Assembly: GCF_032191835.1 (NCBI RefSeq)
Contig: NC_083223.1
Coordinates: 245,520,001-245,584,000, forward strand
Direction of reading: 5' to 3'
Length of the DNA: 64,000 nucleotides
DNA from: Heteronotia binoei
Lineage: Eukaryota
Position numbers and translations under genes: made by a program. Shown piece by piece: positions 54,803 through 64,000 of this stretch. Within the stretch, counting starts at the first letter, position 1, and each line of letters opens with the position of its first letter. The notes below the pieces were generated by a model, which saw only the letters and a list, made by a program, of their open reading frames with translations, did no database searches and was not told where the DNA came from.

Positions 54803-54933
54803 CGCTTCCAGCTTCACCATAGTCTCCATTTTCTTGATGGGAACCTCAGGCTCAACATTGACTACAATTTCACCTGCAGGGTGAGAGTAGGGGCCTCCGT
54901 TTGCCAGGGTTGCATAGGCATTCAGGAGCTTAG
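54803..54933 (-). CDS. OTOF: OTOF exon with two acceptors: long form 131 nt (from 54933), short form 71 nt (from 54873); GEIVVNVEPEVPIKKMETMVKLEA
   Basis: gtccag|CT and ctgcag|GT, exactly 60 nt apart in the same phase; shared donor GCG|gtaag. Confidence 0.93.
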
Positions 54934-55399
54934 CTGGACAAGAGGACAGAGGAAGAGAGAAAGAGGCACAGTGTCCAGACAGGACGGACAGACACAGAAA
55001 GCGAGAATCATTGGAGGGCAAAAGATGGCCGGAAGGCTGGACAAAGTTCACTGACTGATTGAGGGAGAAAAGGAAAATTGATCAAAGAATGGAAGGATAA
55101 AATACAGAAGGGTTCCAGTCTTCAAAGGGATAATTTATGCAAGTGAGAATTACACCAAAGTACCAAAGACATGAGAACCCCTGCATTATGGAAAGACACA
55201 TTACACAGAGCAGCAGTTCTCAAACATGAGCAACTCAAGGATCCTTCCTTCAAACTTTCAAATTTATTGCAGATCCCCCAAGCCTATTTTCATTTGGAGC
55301 AAATGTTTAAAAATCCATGTTTAAGAAAAGTTCTATTTTTGAAATTTATAAACAAGGGTACCACTTATACTCTGATTTATTTATTTTGATTTATTCAGG

Positions 55400-55695
55400 A
55401 GCCCAGTTTGGTGTAGAGGTTAAGTGTGTGGACTCTTATCTGGGAGAACTGGGTTTGATTCCCCAATACTCCATTAGCAGCTGCTGGAATGGCCTTGGGT
55501 TAGCCATAGCTCTCACAGAGTTGTCCTTGAAAGGGCAGCTGCTGTAAGAGCTCTCTCAGCCCCACCTACCTCACAGGGTGTCTCTTTTGTGTGTGTGTGT
55601 GGGGGGGGGAAGGTAAAAAAGATTGTGACCACTCTGAGACTCAGAGTATAGGGCGGGATATAAATCCAATATATTATTATTATTATTTTATTATT
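55400..55695 (+). mobile_element. tRNA-derived SINE with (ATT)n tail
   Basis: Same body as 41312-41592. Confidence 0.88.
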
Positions 55696-55873
55696 AAACA
55701 GAGACACAGAAACACACCTTGATAAAGAACCAGCCCTTCTCAAAGTATTAATAGTAAGCTGTATGTTCTCTGCACAGGTCTCTGTCTTTTTTGTGAGACC
55801 TGAGAGACCAGGCACTGACTGCAGCATTTCTAATCACCATGGCTGTTTACCATCTTTGGCTACTGCCAACTTC

Positions 55874-56891
55874 CAGGTGGGTGTATAAAGAAACACCCAA
55901 AGGTTATAGTGACCAAATTGACTAAGAATATATTGTATAATAGCAGCCCCATGGCGCAGAATGGTAAAGCTGCAGTACTGCAGTCCAAGCGCTCTGCTCA
56001 TGACCTGAGTTCAATCCCAGTGGAAGCTGGGTTCAGGTAGCCAGCTCAAGGTAGACTCAGCTTTCCACCCTTCCGAGGTTGGTAAAATGAGTACCCAGCT
56101 TGCTGGGGAGAAAGTGTAGATGACTGGGGAAGGCAATGGCAAACCACCCTGTTAAAAAGTCTGCTGTAAAAACATCATGATGTGATGTCACCCCAGAGTC
56201 AGAAATGATTGGTGCTTGCACAGCGGACTACCTTTACCTTTTTTTCTATATTGTATAATGATGGAAACCTTTAAGATGAAAACTAATTCCTGCATCTACA
56301 ACAATGAATACACACTATTACATACAATATACAGTAAATTCCAACATGGAAAAAGTCTCAACGGCATGAAAAGAGACCCAATAAGTAATCTGAAGGAGTC
56401 CCAATGAACAGGAAGTCAACTTGGTACTCCTGCTTCGACAATTCTTCCAGCACAGGATACTCCACTGGTAATATTCTATATGGGAAAATTCCAAAGTTCA
56501 ATTCTAAATATTTCCTCAGCATTCCAAGAATGCTCAAAAACTTCCAAACTCAGTGTACAATTAACAGGGATGCAAAGTCTCCAGTGCAATTTTACAATTT
56601 TTTTTACAAAAAGGCCTTGAGCCACTTTGAGCAAATGCCAGTTTGTAAAATTACACTGGAGACTTTGCATCCCTATTAATTGTACACTTCAAGTTACTTA
56701 TTGGGACTCTTTTCATACCACCGAGACTTTTTTCATGTTGGAATTTACAGTATATTGTACGTAATAGTGTGTATTCATTGTTGTAATGCAAGAGTTACTT
56801 TTCACCTTAAGGGTTTTCATCATTATACAATATATTCATAGTCAACTTGGTCACCACTATAATTTTGGTTGTTTCTTTACACACACTCCTG
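55874..56891. mobile_element. Foldback-type element with long imperfect inverted arms, interrupted by a SINE
   Basis: 55874-55941 plus 56260-56395 pair with 56690-56891; 56552-56597 pairs with 56643-56688. Confidence 0.8.
55942..56247 (+). mobile_element. Sauria-type SINE, full length
   Basis: tRNA-like head; (ACCTTT)n tail; 12-bp TSD atattgtataat (55930-55941 and 56248-56259). Confidence 0.92.
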
Positions 56892-57903
56892 AGTGACCTC
56901 TCTCCAGTTTTGTAAACCTCCAGGTGGGGCCTGGAGACCTCTTAGAATTACAATTAGTTTCCAGACTAAATAGATCAGTTCACAGGAGAACATGGCTGCT
57001 TTGGAGGATGGACTTCATGACATTATCCCTCCCCTCCCCAAACCCTGCCCTCCCCAGGCCCCTCTTCCAAATCTCCAGGAATTTCCCAGCCCAGAGTTTG
57101 CAACCTTACTTGACAGCACCCTGAAGATGATGGGCACTGTACTGAGAATTTTGGCCTGCCCAGCTGCTGTTACTGACTTCCACAGTGGGCAGCACCCTAA
57201 AGATGAGTGACTCATGCATTCCTGCTGTTTTCCCATGCACTCCTCATGGTTCCCCAGGGTCTAGTTTGAGAAATACTCATACAGAATATTTCCAAAGTGC
57301 TGGCTTGCATTATTACCTCAGCCTTGTTTTACAGCAACCAGCAAGTAGGCTGGTGGCATTACGCCTACAAATCGGACTGGAGAATGGGCAGGGCCAGAGG
57401 TATGGGCTTGCCAATGAACCCCATATGTTTGCAGCAGGGAATCCTTTTTCCACAGCACAGTGCCTCAGATATCACAGTGCCTCAGATGCCACATCTCCTG
57501 CCCTGTGCCACATTGCTCCTGCTGTTGTTCAGGGAAACAACGGGAGTGCTATGGGAGAGAGCGAATTACGCTGGTGCTGTGATGTCATCACTTCTGGCAT
57601 GAAGCCACTAGTGATGTCACTGCTTTGGTGCAATGCATGGTGATGTCACTTCTGGGTTCATACTGCAAGTTGCTTCATGATTCCAGCACAACACATTTTT
57701 TTGTAACTTTACTCCTCCCCCTTCATCTCCTGAGGGCTGTCAGTACTGGGCTGGTAACCCCATCTGGAGAGGGTTTATTAAATACTGAATGTTTTGCCAG
57801 CTGCCTCCTTTTCTTCCCCTAGCTGGAGTTGACCTTATCACACACTTCAGCCCCCCAAGCCCTGCTCTAGGGCATGTTCCTCCTGCTCTCCCTGGTTGGA
57901 TAC

Positions 57904-58066
57904 CTGCTGTACTCCACTGCTGAGCTTTCTTATCCGGAGGTCGATAGATGAACTTGCGCAAAGAGTTGACAGCGTGGCTTCCCACCAGTGTGTATCGCCC
58001 AAAGGCACGACAATCAACCACACGGATATTCAGGGGAGGATGGAGGAGCTCATTTTCTGGCAGATC
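57904..58066 (-). CDS. OTOF: OTOF exon, 163 nt, [54 protein letters not shown]
   Basis: tgcag|GAT ... G|gtatc; phase 0 to 1. Confidence 0.97.
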
Positions 58067-59409
58067 CTGCAAGAGACCAAACCCAGATTCGGAATGGAAG
58101 ACCGTGGTCCTGAAAGACTTGCAATTCCAAGATCAATTTACTGACAGAGTTCTAGGAAAGGAGGAAGTGATAGGCATTTAAGAGACATCAACAATACTAA
58201 ATGCTCCATTTAGTCCATTTGAACTCTAGGGGGAGCTGCAACAGATTCATCTGTTCAGACCTCAAAGGCTTCTCTTGTTTACCCGCCTGTAAATTGGTTC
58301 TTGTATCCATAGTTAGCTAATCCTGAAAGCAAAGGTGCACGTGTGGAGCTGGATTATTTCCCCAACTTGGGTAACAACAGGTACACTCAGAGGACCAGTG
58401 GAGGCCCTGGTGACTGATCACATGTAAACCATTATGGTGAATGGCAGGGGAGAGCTTGATGTGGTGGCTGCAGCTGAAAGGGATTTTAAGCAAAAATCTG
58501 AAATTCCATGGAGAGGCATGCCAGGCCTCCCGCTGTAGAGGCCACTGGCTCTTTGAGTGGCGGCAGAAGAATCAAACAACAGCGACATAAAGTATCCAGC
58601 AATTCCTAGATCTATTCTTTGTCACTTCTAGGCAGTACCTGGAAGCGACATAGTGATGTTGCTGACATTGCACCCATCCCACCATTTCCTCATCCCCAGC
58701 CCTCCCGATGGTTGCCAGGCTCAACTTGGGAACCTATGACTGGGATCTGAGTTTCCAAATTTTGACCTGTTTTGAAACTTCAGTCCTAAAAATCTGACTT
58801 TAGGAATACCCAGTAAACAATAGACTAAACCATCCAGGTTGCTAAGTCTCAGCTTTCTCATTCAATATTTTTACTCTGTATTTTTAATATAGAAATGGGT
58901 ATGCTGAAATTGATAACAGTTGTTCATAGGCTTTTTGGGAGTGAAGCCTGGTAGGGGAATGCATTGTCGATACTCTGGTCTTAGTTCAGGTGAAGACTCT
59001 ATGGGATTGTCGCCCAGGTCCCTGTCCTCCCCAGGTTTCATCTCCAAAACTCCAGCAGTTTCTTAACCTAGATCTGGCAACTCCCCCCACATCCACTGCT
59101 TGTGACCAGGGGGGATCTGGCGACCCTTGCTCAATCTGAAATTAAGATTTTCAAGTTAAAATGTTCAACTTGAAGCAGCAAGACTGCAAAATTCTGTAGC
59201 ATCTCTGTTTAGAAGCTGAAGCATATCTCATTTCATTCTGCACTGGGTGTTATACTTTGCCTATATAATAAATGTTGAGAGTGTCTCACAACCTTTCAGA
59301 GTGCCCTGATAACTCTTTGGATTGGTTCTTGTTTTGAACTGGTTTTTCTTTGTAAGCCCACCCCCACCCCCACCATCATGTATATTCATCAGCCCGATGG
59401 CTTCACACC

Positions 59410-59510
59410 CCAGTGCATTTTATGAAGTGAGCTCTGACTCACGAAAGCTCTTGCTGGAATAAATGTTATTAAGCCTCTCAGGTGATACTGAACTGTGCTG
59501 TGACAAAGTA
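59410..59510 (+). mobile_element. Penelope-like terminal repeat with a hammerhead remnant
   Basis: gaagtgagctctgactcacgaaagctc..gctggaataaa. Confidence 0.65.
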
Positions 59511-60279
59511 ACATGGTCACTGTTCGGAAAGTGAAGTAAATGTTCAGAGCATAGTAAGGCTGGCACACCTTTCCGGACAAATATGTACGTAACAAGTTTG
59601 GGCCCATGAGACTCATGGGGGTGCAACTCCCTTCTCCCCACACATTCTCACCAGGCCCAGCTTGATTCCTGGGATATGCCACCAACGGGCCCAGAACAAT
59701 TCCTCAGATCTTCCAACAACTGCTGGAGGTAAGTGCATTCTCTGTGCTTTAAAGGGGATTACCCCCTTGTGTATTTTTAAAAAAAGATTTCAGATTTTGG
59801 GGTAAGTGTGGCCATGATCTGTGGATTTCGATAACCACAGATGAAGGCCACACTTGAGAAACAGATACACAGATAACGCATCTTCCCAACCCCATCACAT
59901 CCCAACTCTCAGCATCCTGACCTCATTCCTGCCTGGCTGCTAAAGGCATCTCTGGCCTCAGAGCTTAGTTTACTGCTTCACTATAACCAGCCTGCTAATA
60001 TGGAGCAGCTGCAAAATGCCACTATCTCTACTGATGTGTCTTCTTGTTTTCTGGAAGGGCAGGCTTGTATTTTGCTAAGCCATTTATTCAGCCTCGTAGC
60101 CTGTCAGATTTCTGCACTTCTGCACTGTAATCACTACAATTTTGCATCTTTGTGTAATCATATCCTTTTGATCAGTTATCTAGTTTTATGCAGTCATGGT
60201 TTCTCTTTCATTCTTGTGCTTGTTTACTGAGTAATACCAAAGCGCTGTTAATAATAACAGAGACACGATGGAGCAGGGT

Positions 60280-60792
60280 AGGCATGTGAGCAGCATTTCC
60301 AGCCTCCAGGTGGGGCCTAGAGATGTCCCAGAATTAGATCTCATCTCCAAGGCCGTTTTCCCACTCACGTTTTACTGGCGCCACGACCCTCCTGACGCCG
60401 GCGAATCTGCCTGGATTTCGCAACAGAAGCGCCGGCGCTCCCAGAAGCGTCGGCGCTTTCCGTCGCTAAGCCAGCGCAAACGTTTTCCTGCATCTTTGCG
60501 ATTTCCGTTTGCGCTGGCTTAGCGACGGAAGTAGCCGGCGCTTCTGGGAGCGCCGGAGCTTCTGATGCGAAATCCAGGCAGATTCGCCGGCGTCAGGATG
60601 GTCATGGCGCCAGTAAAACGTGAGTGGGAAAACGGCCCAAGTGAACAGCTCCCATGAAGAAAATGGCTGCTCTGGAGAGGGACTTTATGCCATTATACCC
60701 TCCTGAGGTCCCTCCTGTCCTCAAACCCCACCCTCCCCAGGCTCCACCCTTCAATCTCCAGGAATTTCTAAACCTGGAATTGGCAACCATAG
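60280..60792. mobile_element. TAGGGTTGCCA-type MITE remnant hosting the Harbinger-like insertion (relatives at about 18370, 32600, 42650, 56900 and 59010)
   Basis: ctccaggtggggcctagagat ... ctccaggaatttct ... tggcaaccata. Confidence 0.65.
60351..60637. mobile_element. CpG-rich palindromic PIF/Harbinger-type MITE
   Basis: TIR GGCCGTTTTCCCACTCACGTTTTACTGGCGCCA; 3-bp TSD CAA (60348-60350 and 60638-60640). Confidence 0.88.
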
Positions 60793-60942
60793 GGATAAGT
60801 ACCAGGGAAATACTTCTATCGACTCTTGTGTATTTTCAACTACATTACCACTGAGTAGAGATGAAGGTGATAAAGGGGCAGATTGGGTTGGTGCTACCCA
60901 TTTTTCTCCTTTGACACATACATTGACTATGAAAACGAGGAG

Positions 60943-63474
60943 ATAAGAACATAAGAACATAAGAGAAGCCATGTTGGATCAGGCCAGCGGCCCATCAAGT
61001 CCAACACTCTGTGTCACACAGTGGCAAAAAATGTTATATACACACATACACTGTGGCTAATAGCCACTGATGGACCTGTGCTCCATATTTTTATCTAAAC
61101 CCATCTTGAAGGTGGCTATACTTGTGGCCGCCACCACCTCCTGTGGCAGTGAATTCCACATGTTAATCACCCTTTGGGTGAAGAAGTACTTCCTTTTATC
61201 CGTCTTAACCTGTCTGCTCAGCAATTTCATCGAATGCCCACGAGTTCTTGTATTGTGAGAAAGGGAGAAAAGTACTTCTTTCTCTACTTTCTCCATCCCA
61301 TGCATTATCTTGTAAACCTCTATCATGTCACCCCGCAGTCGACGTTTCTCCAAGCTAAAGAGTCCCAAGCGTTTCAACCTTTCTTCATAGGGAAAGTGCT
61401 CCAGCCCTTTAATCATTCTAGTTGCCCTTCTCTGCACCTTCTCTAAAGCTATAATATCCTTTTTGAGGTGCGGCGACCAGAACTGCACACAGTACTCCAA
61501 ATGAGACCGCACCATCGATTTATACAGGGGCATTATGATACTGGCTGATTTGTTTTCAATTCCCTTCCTAATAATTCCCAGCATGGCATTGGCCTTTTTT
61601 ATTGCAAACGCACACTGTCTTGACACTTTCAGTGAGTTATCTATCATGACCCCAAGATCTCTCTCTTGATCAGTCTCTGCCAGTTCACACCCCATCAACT
61701 TGTATTTGTAGCTGGGATTCTTGGCCCCAATGTGCATTACTTTGCACTTGGCCACATTGAACCGCATCTGCCACGTTGACGCCCACTCACCCAGCCTCAA
61801 CAGATCCCTTTGGAGTTCCTCACAATCCTCTCTGGTTCTCACCACCCTGAACAATTTAGTGTCATCCGCAAACTTGGCCACTTCACTGCTCACTCCCAAC
61901 TCATTTATGAACAAGTTAAAGAGCATGGGACCCAGTACCGAGCCTTGCGGCACCCCACTGCTTACCGTCCTCCACTGCGAAGACTGCCCATTTATACTCA
62001 CTCTCTGCTTCCTATTACTCAGCCAGTTTTTGATCCACAAGAGGACCTGTCCTTTTACTCCATGACTCTCAAGCTTTCTAAGGAGCCTTTGATGAGGAAC
62101 TTTATCAAAAGCTTTCTGGAAGTCAAGGTAAACAACATCTATCGGGTCTCCTTTGTCCACATGTTTGTTCACCCCCTCAAAGAAATGTAACAGGTTAGTG
62201 AGGCAAGATCTTCCCTTGCAGAACCCATGCTGAGTCTTCCTCAATAACCCGTGTTCATCAATGTGCCTACTCATTCTGTCCTTGATAATGGTTTCTACCA
62301 ACTTTCCCGGTATTGAAGTCAGACTGACTGGCCTGTAATTTCCCGGATCTCCTCTGGAACCCTTTTTAAAGATGGGGGTGACATTTGCTACCTTCCAGTC
62401 CTCAGGAACGGAGGCAGATTTCAATGAAAGATTACAGATTTTCGTTAGAAGATCCACAAGTTCAACTTTGAGTTCCTTCAGAACTCTCGGATGTATGCCA
62501 TCCGGACCCGGTGACTTATTAGTTTTTAATTTGTCTATCAGTTGTAGGACCTCCTCTTTTGTCACCTCAATCTGACTCAGGTCTTTCAACACCCCTTCCA
62601 ATATTAGTGGTTCTGGGGCGGGCAAAAAGTTCTCGTCTTCTACAGTGAAGACGGAGGCAAAAAATTCATTTAGCTTTTCAGCCATTTCCCTATCCTCCTT
62701 CAGTAATCCTTTTACCCCATGGTCATCCAAGGGCCCCACTGCCTCCCTGGCTGGTTTCCTACTTCTAATATATTTGAAGAAAGTTTTATTGTTGGTCTTT
62801 ATGGTTTTTGCAATATGCTCCTCATAGTCCCTTTTTGCCTGCCTGATCACAGTCTTGCATTTGATTTGCCACAGCCTGTGTTCCCTTTTACTAATCTCAC
62901 TTGGACTGGTTTTCCACCGCTTAAAGGAGTCCTTCTTACCTTTTACAGCTTCCATTACTTTGTTTGTTAACCACGCAGGCCTTTTCTTATGCCTGTTTGT
63001 GCCTTTCCTAACTTGTGGTATGTATTTTATCTGAGCTTCTAGGATTATAGTTTTAAATAGCGTCCAAGCTTCCCCAAGGGTTTTGACCGTATGTACCTTT
63101 CCTTTCAGTTTCTTCCTCACATGCCTCCTCATCTCAGTGTATTTACCCCTTTTAAAGTTAAACGTGGTTGTGGTGGTCTTTTTGGACAACTCCCTATTTA
63201 TACAAACGGTGAAATCAATAACATTATGGTCACTGCTCCCAAGCGGCGCAATCACTTTTACATCTCTCACCAAGTCTTGGGCATTACTTAGGACCAAATC
63301 CAGGATCGCCCCACCCCTGGTAGGTTCTGAGACCATCTGCTCCATAGCACAGTCATTGAGAGCATCAAGAAACTCAATCTCTTTCTCTCGACCAGAACAC
63401 ATATTGACCCAATCAATCTGCGGGTAGTTAAAATCACCTATTACAACACAGTTTTTACTATCAGATACTGCCTG
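60943..63474 (-). mobile_element. 5'-truncated CR1 LINE with an uninterrupted ORF2 (61057-63525; end of APE domain, RT and C-terminus) and complete 3' UTR
   Basis: VIGDFNYP, LDLVLSN, SDH, PGPDG, GVPQGSVLGP, KFADDTKL; tail (TTCTTATG)n. Confidence 0.97.
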
Positions 63475-63524
63475 ATAGGGCCAGGAAACCATTACCATCA
63501 GGAAGGACACCTGTATGTACATCA

Positions 63525-63716
<192 letters not shown>

Positions 63717-64000
63717 CTATGGAGAAGAAAGATTAGATACCAAGATTGAGGCATTGACTTTTTGGGACTTCCCAGATTGACTGATCAAAATTATTTGCCT
63801 TACTTGCAAAGACATAGTTATGCTGCCATAAGAAAGAAAATTCAAAAGGGGGTGGGTTCCACACTCCTGTCACTAAAATTCTTTTGCTATCCTTGGTCAG
63901 ATCTCTCTGTCAGCCCTTGTCCACACTCAAAGCTATTATTTGCCTTTGCAGCCAAACCCAAACAATGGAAGATCCCAAGGGGGCTCTGCTCTCTAGCTGA

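Noticed and set aside
61070-63427. Multiple + strand ORFs
   Set aside because: Antisense shadows of CR1 ORF2.

Overview
This is squamate genomic DNA, probably from a gecko; that call is inferred from Sauria-type SINEs, CR1, Penelope-like tails and hAT MITEs. Two spliced genes converge tail to tail. DRC1 (CCDC164, nexin-dynein regulatory complex subunit 1) is on the + strand, with 15 coding exons from 659 to the stop at 15401. OTOF (otoferlin) is on the - strand, with its 3' half running from 63716 to the stops at 21199 and 19618. I traced every exon by hand: all have GT-AG boundaries and consistent phases, and both genes continue 5' beyond the window. The most notable observation is a tandem pair of 99-nt homologous OTOF exons (31368-31466 and 31034-31132). 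They encode two versions of the first part of the C2F domain, including the acidic loop 1, and look like an ancient mutually exclusive exon pair under purifying selection. OTOF also has the known duplicated terminal transmembrane exons and the 60-nt alternative acceptor, whose 20-aa insert here contains no arginine (no RXR motif). An 822-codon CR1 ORF2 starts about 80 nt into an OTOF intron, behind a plausible in-frame cryptic acceptor. The introns contain a decayed Gmr1-like gypsy element with SCAN-like gag, an RTE-X-like LINE, Penelope fragments with hammerhead-ribozyme remnants, palindromic hAT and Harbinger-like MITEs, and a foldback element. Comparisons with human proteins and exon sizes are from memory and need database confirmation. 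Repeat boundaries are approximate unless a target-site duplication (TSD) is given.
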